Shown in pieces: positions 35,817 through 47,143 of a stretch of DNA of 64,000 nt; the first letter of the stretch is position 1; each line of letters begins with the position of its first letter. The translations under genes were made by a program, and so were the position numbers. Under the pieces are notes generated by a model. That model was not told where the DNA came from. It did no database searches and saw only the letters and a program-made list of their open reading frames with translations. Origin of the DNA: Tricharina praecox (taxonomy: Eukaryota); NCBI RefSeq assembly GCF_024521635.1, contig NW_026250403.1, forward strand, positions 2,294,001-2,358,000. The letters run 5' to 3'.

Positions 35817-38024
35817 TCATAATAAGTAAGCCGACAGATCCACCGTCGGCACATGCCTCACTGAGCACGCCAGCCAAAGCACAATCGGTATGAGTGCGAT
35901 ATGAGTTCCGATGAGCACGCCCATGACGATGAACTGCACCGCACAATCAGTCATAAATATTCCCACAGAATTCTAAGGGAGCCTACATACCAGCTCGGGG
36001 GTTTTAATCCTCAACAGCACGCCGGCAACCACATTGATCACCCTCCGACCGGGCACTTGATATGTCGTCACACGGTAAGAGTCCAGCATCGCGATGGTTC
36101 CCACCGCGAACTTGCCAACACGCTGCGCGAGCTGGTTGGCGTCTGTCAGGGTGGCACCCCATCCGGTTCTACAATTCATGAGCGCGGTTTTGCCATAAAG
36201 AACGGGGTGGATATATGTACATACAAAGTGTTGTATCGTGCGTACTGATACCGAATGATACCCTCAGTCCTGCGTTTGCCAGTTCCGTCCAGGGCGATGG
36301 AGCCTGCGGCGAGGAGTGCAGCGCGGTCGTCCATCTGGTGCTCTGGCATGTTGCTGCCCTGTACAGTTGTGACGGCGACTTCGCAGGTGAAAGCGTGGAT
36401 ATTGCTCGCTTGTCTGGCCACGCCGTTGACTATGCTGCAGCGCGGGCCGCAGTGGTATTTTTCTTGGAGGCCGTCGACGTCGAAGTTTACGTATGTGCTG
36501 GAACGATTTTAGTGATGAGACTGACTGGCGAGGGATGGGAGGGTGGTGGGATACATTGCGTCTCCGGGAATGCTCTGACGATGTTAGTTGTGATATCTGG
36601 GTGTACTCAAGGGACCTACTAGAATGTCGATATCGGCCATCCACGCCCAGTCACCGGTCGGAACGGTAGTGCTGTTACCGAATTCCCAATTTAAAGCTAT
36701 ACGACAAGTCGTGTTGACGGTGATGATGCGGTTCGTCCCGATGGCGAGGGTTCTATTGCCATCTATTGTCCAGTCTTGGATCTGTCCAAGTAAACATTCT
36801 GCATAGCGGTTAATAACTTGGTATCCGTACCTTGTACACCCAGTCATTCGTTCCCTTCAGGTGATATATCTTCCTTGCCGCAGCACTTTCCCTGTCCTCC
36901 TCGAGGGGGACTTTGTCGACAATGAGATCTTTGATGGTCATATTGGCCACTGCATGCACTGGTTTAGTACTGCCGACTAGTTACCTACGGAACTGCACTG
37001 ATGCAGCCTACCATCACCGTACTGATGCGCTCGATACTGCTCCATATTGATAATCGTCGGTTCGTCCGTAACAGTGTCGCCGTTCTCGTTCGCAAAGTTG
37101 TTCAGATTCGTCACCTCGACCAGTCCGTCCTCTACCATCAGCGTATCCAGGCCGTCGAAGTCGAACGTTAAACCCAACAGGCCGACGCCGGCTTGTGAGC
37201 CCTATTGACAGCAGAGATTAGCTGGCTGACATACGAGGGCATATGAACATCCAACGCACAAACATGAGTATGATCCAGCCGAAGCATGCCAGCGACCTAG
37301 CGATGTATATTCCCTTGCTCGGATGTTTATTTCCCCAGCGGTGGTTCCTTTTGATGGCCTCCCGGAACCACAGGTAGCCCAGCCTTGCCACGACCAGGAA
37401 ACTATCAAGGCTCAGAATGAGATCAGTCTGTCGGATGTCAGCGTCACACCTACCCACCACCCACCACTGCACACAGACATAGAAACCGACCTCTTGGAGC
37501 GTAAACGGCCCACTCGCCAGAATCTTCCACCTCACCGCCGCCGCCATACCCTTGAACGACGAATTGATATTCAGGCCTAGCATGAGCGGCAAGCCCACGC
37601 CGACCGCATTGAACAGGTACTTCTCGCCCTTATCAAGGCTCCTCCTGGACTCGGTAAACGTGATAGCCACGATAAACGCAGCCCAGAGTCCCGCATCGAG
37701 CGCCAGTCTTCCCATCAACGGCCAAAAAATCCCCCGGAACCTTCCACTCCTCCGGAACCGATACCCGAGAAACCGCAATTGTAGCCTAGCCCTTTCGTCG
37801 TCCCCCGCCACCTCCGCAGTACCGATACTGAGACCCCGGGCCAGGGCCGCGTCGCGCGGCTTGTTGTGCAGCGTGTTGGCAAGCTCCATGTTCGCGTCGC
37901 TGAACGACGGCGAGAAGACGTATGCTGGGTCGTAGCTGGGCGTGCGGGAGTTCGATGGTCGACTGGTACTGGTAGACCCGCCATTTCCGTCTCTGGGAAC
38001 TGCGAAGTAGCCGGTCGACGCCAT
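35817..38024 (-). CDS. Uncharacterised multi-exon fungal membrane protein (N-terminal TMs, Cys-containing luminal domain, C-terminal TM)
   Basis: Exons traced in frame through GT-AG introns: ..SSFKGMAAAVRWKILAS..TDLIL..GSQAGVGLLGLTF..TCRI..CGPRCSIV..AAGSIAL..FIVMGVLIGTHIALIPIVLWLACSVRHVPTVDLSAYLL*. Includes a 20-nt microexon at 36555-36574. Confidence 0.8.
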
Positions 38025-38661
38025 ATATGTGTGAGGTTGCGGTGGCTATCGATCAAGAGGATAGAGCGGGCCCGATAGACAATCTTTAGCTGCACAGCTC
38101 TATAATACTCAGCTGGAGAAAGCGCTCAAGGGGCCCGGGGCTGAAGAACTCGATGGATGCCTGGTATAATTTCTTTTTTGTTCCACCCTGCACCCGTGTA
38201 GGTACGTACATAGAGTACTATACACATTGTGATACCAATCCAACAAATAGCAGTCGAGCTGACAACTGACACCTTGCAAAGATAGTTGGAACCTGCTCGG
38301 AAGGAAATCAGACGTACATGAGGCATCCAGAATGAGAATCGTACAGCCCGCGCCCGCCAGAGGTATGTATGATCAGCAGAATATTTGTGGGCTGGCGGAG
38401 ATCTGGCGAGCATCTCACTGGCAGGCTGTGCATTGGTTGTTCATAAGGTTGAACGCATTGATTGCCTCAGCCCCAGTCCTGCGCCTCAATATACGTACTT
38501 CTTTGAAACAGTGGGGGTCGAAGATACATTCATCTGACTATGAATTCGGCTTATTGTTCACCTGCTCAACCCAAATGCTATATTTTGCACAACAGTTTAC
38601 TATTCCACCAATATTCTCCATGCGCAGTCAATCACCTCACTCACTATGGGTGCGCATTCCA

Positions 38662-40959
38662 CTACGCCCTAGGATCCCACTCTGTATCCACCCCATCCAG
38701 CAGCTCTCCCAGCACGTTTTCCAAGCTCACAATCTTGAATGCAGCCAACGGATTCTTCGATCCGTCCGGCTCCTGATTCACATCGTCATGGACCACCAAC
38801 ACACCTCCGGGGAAGTCCGCATTCAATGCTCTCCCGACCGCCGTCACACCATCCGTATTGGTGACACCATCGATCTTCCCATCCTCGGTCTGCTTGATCG
38901 TGAAAGTCATCTGGAATTCATGTGGAGCTGCACGGTTGTAGACGTTGTACGCGCTGACGCCCTGGCAGGAGACGATGATGTATCCATCGTCCTTGCTCTT
39001 GCCGTAGACCAAGGTAACGCCCTCGACGTCTGCGTAGAAGTTCCCATCGACGGAATCAACGAGCGTACCCTCATTCGAGTCATCGGGCTCAGCGTCGTAT
39101 CTCCAAAGACCGTAAGGCTCTTCACCGATAAAGACAACGCCATTCTCGTCGTCGGATACGCATCCCTCAACCTGTCCGCCCGAGCCGCCTTGGAAGGTCC
39201 TGACGAGGGTGGTGGCGAGAGTACCGTTGGAGCTGGTAAGTTCGTATTGGAGGTATTCCGCTGTCTTGGAGTTGACGAAGAGATACTGCTTTCCGGACGA
39301 CTTGGAGGCGTAAACGCAAGAGCCGTACACCTCGTAGTCTTCGGGTGTGGGGTGGGATCCGCCAGAGACCTCAATGAGAGTCCCGTTGCTGGTGATCTCG
39401 GCGAGACACAAAGTGTTATCTGCTCGGCATGCGGCGTATGCCAGATCAACTGTTCTATTTCCTAGTGCGAAGCTGTATATAACGTCCACATTGTTGGGTT
39501 CCCCCATCTCGATGGAGGAGATTTTCTTCCCTGCGAGATCGAAGGCGTTGAGGCCAGCGCCAACGGTGCTCTTTGTGGTTGTGATAATTCGAGAAAGCGA
39601 GGCATTCGTAGGGTGAATCCATACTGCGGGGTCATCTCCATCCTCCCCAGTAGCCTCGGTTTCGTAGCTGGCATGGACCACCTTGAACGAGCAATCAGGT
39701 CCATCCCACGCTGACTCGCACTTGCATATGTTGTTGTCCGTGCATTCACCGTGACCGGAGCAGTCATTGGTGCATTCCAGCTGTTTGCATTCATTTCCAG
39801 TGTAGCCCGCAAAGCAGTCACAGAACTTGCTGTCGTCGCTGCAGAAACCGTTGTTCGAGCAGTTGTCAAGTTTATCGCATTGTGCCGGTTCACAGTCGTC
39901 GCAGTCGGCATCGTCTCTAGGGTCAAAATCGGTGTTCTTTTCGAGGTCCAGCTTCTCCAGAACATCCGTGAGAGGACCTACTCGAAAGTAGTTCCCATCA
40001 TCGCCCTCCACGAACGCTGCCATTGCACCTCTGCTGAAGTTGCCGAACTTGTTTTGGTAGATTGCAATATCTTTGATCTCTAGGTCCTCCGCCCCGGTGA
40101 AGGTCACATTTCCCAACAGCTTGAATTTGCTGTCGTAAATGTTGAGAATCTCAGCTTGAGCGAGGAAGATATACTCCTCGTCTTTCTTCCCATGATAAAC
40201 GGCCATCCCCTTGAGCTCATCGTCTAACTCAGCAACAAGGGTGGTATTCACGGCAGCGGATGCCTCGACAGCCGGGAAAGAGTAAACTTTGCCGCCATCC
40301 CCTCCGAAGTAGACTTTCTTCTTGCTGGCTGAGACGACACAAGTTTGCGCTTCAATCGGAACTTTGGGCGTTGAGACCTGATTGTGGTTAGCAATTAAGT
40401 CCTGGGCAAACATCTCGGAACTCCAGTATCCTACCTCGACAACCTCCAGACCATCGGTTTTCTCGTTTTTCCTCACAAGCAAAGTCTTGACCTCCTTCTT
40501 TCCAAAGACATAGAGATACTGCGACCCGCTCTTTTGATTCCTCCAAGAACAAAGGGCCGAGTAATCGCCCCACACCTTCCTGGTGGCATCACTCAGCTCG
40601 GTCCCTTTCTCGGCATCAAAGAACCTTAGGTTCGAATCCTCCTGTGATAGGGTCACAATCCAGTCCTTTCCAGCGATGTCATACACAGTGCCAACGAGCT
40701 TTGTGCGCCCCGTACGCTTGTCCCACTTCTGGGTCAACGCGTTGCCCATAGTCCATGAGCGGAATCCTCCGGTACCAGCGGATCCATCGTTGCCGATTAG
40801 CAGTGGTGCGTCGTCATCGGAGTCGGGGTAGTAGACGGCGGCCTTGTTGCCCTCGAGCTCGGAAGGGGTTTTGATCGAGAAGTCGATGGCGGCCGTAGCG
40901 GCGGCGGTGGCGGAGGAGGAGGAGCTTATAAAAGCGAGGACTAGGAGGTGGAATTTCAT
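38662..40959 (-). CDS. Secreted beta-propeller (Bacillus-type) 3-phytase with two propeller domains joined by two EGF-like repeats
   Basis: Signal peptide. The C-terminal domain has DDPAVWIH, NNVDV, YGSCVY, VEGCVSDD, IGEE, DVEGV and VVHDD; two EGF-like 6-Cys modules precede it. In-frame 57-nt intron at 40378-40434. Confidence 0.92.
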   Translation of the reverse strand: MKFHLLVLAFISSSSSATAAATAAIDFSIKTPSELEGNKAAVYYPDSDDDAPLLIGNDGSAGTGGFRSWTMGNALTQKWDKRTGRTKLVGTVYDIAGKDWIVTLSQEDSNLRFFDAEKGTELSDATRKVWGDYSALCSWRNQKSGSQYLYVFGKKEVKTLLVRKNEKTDGLEVVEVGYWSSEMFAQDLIANHNQVSTPKVPIEAQTCVVSASKKKVYFGGDGGKVYSFPAVEASAAVNTTLVAELDDELKGMAVYHGKKDEEYIFLAQAEILNIYDSKFKLLGNVTFTGAEDLEIKDIAIYQNKFGNFSRGAMAAFVEGDDGNYFRVGPLTDVLEKLDLEKNTDFDPRDDADCDDCEPAQCDKLDNCSNNGFCSDDSKFCDCFAGYTGNECKQLECTNDCSGHGECTDNNICKCESAWDGPDCSFKVVHASYETEATGEDGDDPAVWIHPTNASLSRIITTTKSTVGAGLNAFDLAGKKISSIEMGEPNNVDVIYSFALGNRTVDLAYAACRADNTLCLAEITSNGTLIEVSGGSHPTPEDYEVYGSCVYASKSSGKQYLFVNSKTAEYLQYELTSSNGTLATTLVRTFQGGSGGQVEGCVSDDENGVVFIGEEPYGLWRYDAEPDDSNEGTLVDSVDGNFYADVEGVTLVYGKSKDDGYIIVSCQGVSAYNVYNRAAPHEFQMTFTIKQTEDGKIDGVTNTDGVTAVGRALNADFPGGVLVVHDDVNQEPDGSKNPLAAFKIVSLENVLGELLDGVDTEWDPRA

Positions 40960-43180
40960 GATGCTGTGTTGAAGCGTGGGTAGTTAGGCAGCTTGGTCGT
41001 ACTTTGATCGCATTATCTCGGGCTTATATACCACAGCCACTATTCTAGCGGGGAGTTGTCCGAGAGGAGCTGTATCCTATTGATATTAAATACCGGGATG
41101 TACGCTGGTTTTTGAAAGCACAGAAAGGCATGGCATGATGGTATGGAGTCTGTGGAGCTGTCTCGAGATGGGACGAGAACTGGGAGATGGGACGAGAACT
41201 GGTAGATTGAGTTGGGGTGCGTGTACAAGCAACTGACTGCGATCAAACGACAAGGATGGATCGCTCGGTGACGCAGGTACCGACCAGGTTCTATAATAGC
41301 GTTCCCGCCATCGTTATCGTATACCCGTCGCCCTGTTCTCCGCCTTACTGAACGGCTATATACGATATGTAGCTGATGCATACAGAAAAGGACCAAACCG
41401 CCCCAGTTTCAGCGCTGAAAATGAGTTCTACCACATTGTTTCTAGTGAGGGAAAGAGTGAAATTCAATTTACTGTCGTATACGTCCTTTACAGACTATGG
41501 CGACTTTTTCTAGTGAGGAGGGGGTTGATTGGATGGAAAATTTTAAAGCAAACCGAGTGATATGTGCTCCCGCCCGGAAATCGGCACTGAAACCTAGGTT
41601 CTGGCGTCGAACACCCTCATGGCCATGGGGCTTCCGCACCTACATACGTGGCTGTGCGTTTTTCGACCTAGACTCATTCTTCTCATTCTACCAGGTATGC
41701 ACACTAGAGCTATTGGAAAGGAAACTGGCCGACATCACCTTAGGCTGTACGGTTGTAGTCTGTCACATTATACTGCCTCTGGTCTGTCCGGAATATCTGC
41801 TACTGGATCCTCCGCTCTCGAGGCCCTCCCAGGATTAGAACTGCCGTTGTGGTGGGGGATCGAATGGATATGACGTGACGATGAAGGGAAGAGGCATTTG
41901 GCAGAGTTCAGAGAGAAAGAACTGGATACGGTAACGGCAAAAATACAGGAATGTTTTTAGTTGCCGGAGGATCTCTGGCAGGATCATTAAGTATCACTCG
42001 ATTAATTTGTTTTCTTCTAAAGCCGTCCTCTATTTACCGAGAAGCTCCTGTATTAGTTGGGGATGGAGGTAGAAGCATACCGGCGGATTGAGAGATGGTT
42101 GGAGAGTATTGGGTGCCGACAATGTGCATATAGAACTTTACGTGGTATGCTTTCAAATTTGCTGCCCAGACGGAGGGTGCCCGGCACACAAAGGCATTTC
42201 CGGCAATGAGATAGCGGACAGGTGATTCCGGCTGGAGAGCTAGACGACTCCGGGACCGAATGGCTACTAGGCCATGATAACGCACGGCAGACGCAGACCA
42301 TTTCTGGTCCGAGCATCTTTCCCACCTCAAGCGGTGTATATCCGATAGGAAGTAGCCAGAAGCCCGATCCTGGTGTGAACGAAGGCAGCTAAATAACGGC
42401 TACCTTGCACGGAAGAATAGCAAGCCCGACCCAGCCCCAGCAAAGGCCGAGAAGCGGACAGATTCCCGCTTTTACCAATTGAAGTCCGGCCACGCTCTCA
42501 CCGAGGGGTACCTCCAGTGGAGACAAGCAGACCAGACGAAAAGTGCTAGTAGTGACCCTATGATTCTTATCAAGGCCCATGGATACTACCCTCTACTCCA
42601 CACTCGCCATCTTGTCGTCGAGTTACAAATTCAAGATATCGCCAAACATACAAGGTAGACTCGTTCCTGCAAGAATATGAGACTTCCGTAACTCTCATGC
42701 TCGTCTTTCCAGGAGTCAGTCGAAAAATCCTCCACGGTTAATTACTGACTAGCTCCGCACGGCCTGAATTCGAGTAGAAAGTAAGCATATATGTCGGCTA
42801 AAGGGTGATACCGAGGCTGGGATATCTGGTCACCTGAAGGCGAGTTTTCCTTCAGCATCTCACAACTTCACCCGTGCATTGCTGAAAGAACCTCATTGGA
42901 TCCAGACTGATTTGCAACTAGGTTCAGAAAGTTCTTCAAAATTTTGTTTATGCGGTATAGATTGAACGGAGGTATCCGACGGACGAGAGTCTCATGTGCT
43001 CTGGGAATCTTTATGTGTCAACGGAATTAGGCAGGTGCGGTTTGACGATTAATAGATAGAGTTTGAGGAGTATGGGATTACAATGAGAAAGACAAAATTG
43101 ATAAATAAATTCTATAGCCTAGCCATCTCATAGGAAAGAACCAGTAATAAGCTTGAATAGCACCATCGTCCCTCCCTCCC

Positions 43181-43930
43181 TTACAATTCAGCTCCCGTCA
43201 ACAAGTACGAAAACCTATCACCTCCAGCCTCAATCGGATCATATTCAGCCACCTCCTTGACCCACTGCAGCATCTCCTCGCCCACAACCCTCCTAACCCA
43301 CTGCACAGCCAAATCCATTCCCGCCGTGATCCCCGCACTGCTCCAAAACTTCCCATCAACCGCCCATCTGCGATCACTCACCCAGTGCACGCCCTTGGGT
43401 ACCGTTCCAGCCGCTGCTCGCGCGGCCAGGGAGACTTTGTTCGTACACGCCTTCTTCCCCTCCAACAGTCCCGTCTGAGACAAAATCAGGCCAGCCGTAC
43501 AAATCGTCATGACCGCCTCGACCTCCTCGGACTTCCTAATGATGAATTCTTTTTCCTCCTCCGTGAGGATCAGCGTTGGTGATGGGCCTGGAATGAGGAG
43601 GTAGTCGAGCTTGGGACAGGAGCTGAGGTTTGTTGACGGGAGCGAAGGAGGACCCGACGAGGCCTGCATTGGCTTCGGGTATGTAGCGGAAACGTGGTGC
43701 CAGATTATCTCTGGGGCGAGGGCTTTGATAGCTTCGGGTGCGAATCTACCAGCGTACGCTGTAGACGACATTCCGATTATGTCGATGGGGCCGGCGGCAT
43801 CGAGGTATTGGTAGTGATCCAGGTACAGTACTCCGATGGAGATATTGCGAGGAGAGGCACAGGCAGACATGATGAGACTACTGAGAAGAAGTATGAGGGA
43901 AATGGAGAGGCTGTGGAGTGTTGGGCTCAT
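43181..43930 (-). CDS. DJ-1/PfpI (class I glutamine amidotransferase-like) protein, isocyanide-hydratase-type, with N-terminal hydrophobic signal
   Basis: Motifs YLDAAGPID, LDYLLIPG, nucleophile elbow TICTAG, GLLEGKKACTN and DGKFWSSAGITAGMDL; N-terminus LSISLILLLSSLIMSACA. Confidence 0.9.
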   Translation of the reverse strand: MSPTLHSLSISLILLLSSLIMSACASPRNISIGVLYLDHYQYLDAAGPIDIIGMSSTAYAGRFAPEAIKALAPEIIWHHVSATYPKPMQASSGPPSLPSTNLSSCPKLDYLLIPGPSPTLILTEEEKEFIIRKSEEVEAVMTICTAGLILSQTGLLEGKKACTNKVSLAARAAAGTVPKGVHWVSDRRWAVDGKFWSSAGITAGMDLAVQWVRRVVGEEMLQWVKEVAEYDPIEAGGDRFSYLLTGAEL

Positions 43931-44750
43931 ATTGAGATGTTTTGCTGAGCACGGGGAGTCGGGTCGGTGTCTTTATACTCCACAGGTGTTCAATCGCTTT
44001 CCCGGCCGCCGAAGGGCACAGTCAGAGATGCATCAATACGGCTGCTTTTTCTGCATACGGCCTCGTCAGCTATATCTTCTCGTATTCGAGCTGCAGTAAT
44101 AGCTCAATCGTGGGTGATCTTTGCCGTTTCCTTAGAACATGGCGGTAGCTTACAGGCTCGCTGACTGAAACATCAGTCGATTACTTTGTCCACCACGGAG
44201 CAATGTGCTCAGAAAGGATATGATGCGGCATACGAAGCCGAATTTCAACTGGTGCTGACTGCAGCCCTACCCGCTCCGAATCCGCCTCGGAGTTGTGAGT
44301 CTTTTTTCTTATTCATCGGATCGGAGTTGGGGACGGTTCATTATTCGGCCGAGTCCAACGATGTTGAGTGATGGACTGTAACTACCACAGTCGACTTGGG
44401 GTCCCATAGTAAAGAAGTAGTAGAGTGGAGTGTGCCCTCTCTCTTGCTGCCCGCTTTCTGTCCACTCGATGACCTAATCCCAATGCCAAGCTACATACGG
44501 ATCAACTATTACCCCGCCATATTCTCGCGTGCCAGCCGCAACTAGCTAGCCAAGACGCTAGCCCTACCTTCGGGAATCGCAAGTTCCTGACACGACGCGT
44601 CTTCCCTGCCTTCGCGTCTCATTCAACAACCTTCAGTTGCGATTCATGCTGGCTACGATCGCCGAGTACTCCGCTTATCCTCGACCACCTACTCGCTTTT
44701 CCCGCCTCACCCAAACTTCTTCTCACTCTTCCCACCTCACCCTAACATCC

Positions 44751-44885
44751 TTCTCAGTAACATCCATCGTCACCTCCTTCAACTGACTGTGCGACTGTCA
44801 ACACTCACACCCTCCCTTCTCGGTAACATCCATCTCACCTCTTTCAACCCACCGACCGTGCGACTGTCACCACTCACACCCTCCG
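44751..44885 (+). repeat. Imperfect ~66-bp tandem duplication just upstream of the PCI gene
   Basis: TTCTCAGTAACATCCATCGTCACCTCCTTCAAC..TGTGCGACTGTCAACACTCACACCTCC is followed by TTCTCGGTAACATCCATCTCACCTCTTTCAAC..CGTGCGACTGTCACCACTCACACCTCC. Confidence 0.85.
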
Positions 44886-44925
44886 TTTCCGCACGCCGCC
44901 CTCTCAATTTACGACACTTCGCATA

Positions 44926-46593
44926 ATGCCGTCCGCTGTTCCCCCTACACCACGCACCATCGCTGCATGGGTGCGATGCATCAAGACCGCCTACGACCGC
45001 AAAGACCCACGACTACTCCAGGAAATGTTGATTACGAACACATCACGAGTGTTCAAGCGAAGACCTATGCCAGCACTACGAATCGAGATCCAGCGAAACC
45101 TCCACACCCGCGGCGTTATTGAGAATGTCATCGAGAAAGAAATGGGCGAAGACTGGGAGTGGAAAGGATTCACCGATTTAATGGTCGCCTATCTTTGGAT
45201 GATCGAGAGTGCCAACCCAAATATTCTGAGCCAGGCGAGACCAGGATGGGAAGCCGAGTGCAAAATTTACTTTGAGAGGATGAAAGATTTTATGATGTGA
45301 GATTTCTTGATCACCATTCAGATCGCACCGAATACCTGGCTGACGGCAATTAGCGCGCTCAATGCAGCATACAGCCATCCCAACGGCGCCATATTGTCAC
45401 ACTCCGCCATGATGTCGGCGAAGTGGTGTATTAGAGTCGGCAGATATATCGACAGGATCGACAATGATCCCAGGCGCAAGGCCTGCCAGAGTCTCCTCAA
45501 TCCCCTCCTCCGGACCTTCAACCTTTCACTGATTGGTGAACGGACACCGTACACGATGCCCGGCCAGATGTTGAAGAAGTCAGTGGCGATTGACATTGGA
45601 AATTACTTGTTCAAGCTTTACAATAAGGTCGGTTTCACCAAGGATCTGGACTTGCAGTCATCTCTTCACCTGTACCCGTGCTAACTAACTGGATAGCTCG
45701 CTGAAACCGGACTCTCACGTACTGTCCATGGAAACCTTGGCAACGCCGGTTTGCCGATGCAGCACCCGTTCTACCTGAACCCGACGTTGTGCACCTACAA
45801 CTATTACAGCGGGCTCGAGTTAATGCGCGACCACTCCCTCTTGCGGGCCAGTGAGTCACTGCAGTCGGCATACGACATCTGCCTTCCCCGGTTCACCCGT
45901 CACAGACGGAAGATCCTAATCCCGCTGCTGGCCTGCAACGTGCTGATCGGCAAATTTCCCTCCCTCGAGATCCTTTCGCGACCCGAGGCCGCCGGTCTCC
46001 AGGACCTATTTGTGCCTGTATGCATGGCCATCCGCAAGGGTGACTTCCGCGCATTCAGGGTCGCATTAGGCATCGAGGGCCCCGAAAAGTGGAAGCGGGA
46101 ATGGTGGACGGAGCAGCGCCTCGACATGCTGCTCGAAGACCGCGGCGATATCCTGATCTGGCGCAGCCTTATCAGGAAGATATGGCTGCTGACCTGCTCT
46201 CCGGAGCAGAAGCAGCATATCATCCGCATCGACGATGTCGTTGCCTGCGCCACCGCCCTCCACCAGAGACAACCGGAGGACATCGACCACAGGATGTCAC
46301 CCTCCGAAACCTCCGATCCCACCTCGTGGTGGTACCGCGGCAGCGGTACTCGGTTGACGCGTAACCAGGTCGAGGGCATCGTCCTGAGCCTGCTGGATCA
46401 AAAGCTGATCCGAGGATACGTCGTCCGCCAGTCGAAGGACGAGAGCACCTGGCTTGTCTTGGGGAAGGGATCTGACCCCTTCCCGAACGTCTACCAGCTC
46501 CTCGAGAGCAGGAGACCGAAAGACACCGGGAAGCCGAGGATCGGAGGAGGCGGGGTGATCAGGATGAACGGGGTGAGGGAGATCGGGGCGTAA
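44926..46593 (+). CDS. PCI-domain protein of the CSN12/Thp1/PCID2 family, 3 exons
   Basis: Motifs NYLFKLYNK, TYNYYSG, LQSAYDIC..RHRRKILIPLLACNVLIGKFPS, AIRKGDF and VEGIVLSLLDQKLIRGYV (winged helix). Two GT-AG introns join ORFs 44926, 45307 and 45751. Confidence 0.85.
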
Positions 46594-47143
46594 TGGGGGA
46601 AGAGGCGGAGACGAAGACGAAGATAATATGTAGCGTTTTTTTTCTTCCGGGGGTTTTCCCTGGCATTTATGAATCCTTTTTCCTTTCAAGTACTTGGTTT
46701 TCTCTATTAGTATATACCTAGGCGTTCTGGAGGTTGAGTTGTGATGCTGGTCACTCCTGTGTTTATGTACCGAACGAGTCGGAGGAAAAGGTCCTTGACG
46801 AGTAGAGGTTTAGGACTTGGGAGGGGCGAGGAGGGGATATAGTAGGTATAGCTTCGGGGTGGATGATGTACGGCCGGTGTACTCTACTACAAGGTATCCC
46901 GAGTGTCATCACCATTCATAGGCTGCTGACTTACGGAGGGAGATTTTGGCTTAGGAGGAGCTACATCTGTCAAGTGCAAATCGCAACAGGTGAACTCAAC
47001 ACTTCCGCAAGAGCGATGATGATGTGATATTGTATTATTCAAAAGCGGCCTGCCTAAGTATTCAAGTGCCAAAGTGTCCCCAAGATTGAATGTATGTACC
47101 TAATGTATTCCCAAGTGCACGCGCGTCGATCTACTCGTACAGC

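Noticed and set aside
38332..39465. 377-aa + strand ORF antisense to the phytase (similar shadows at 6220-6900, 47090-48055, 52269-53165 and 55890-56921)
   Set aside because: Each mirrors a real gene with strong codon bias, which suppresses stops on the opposite strand; no recognisable motifs.
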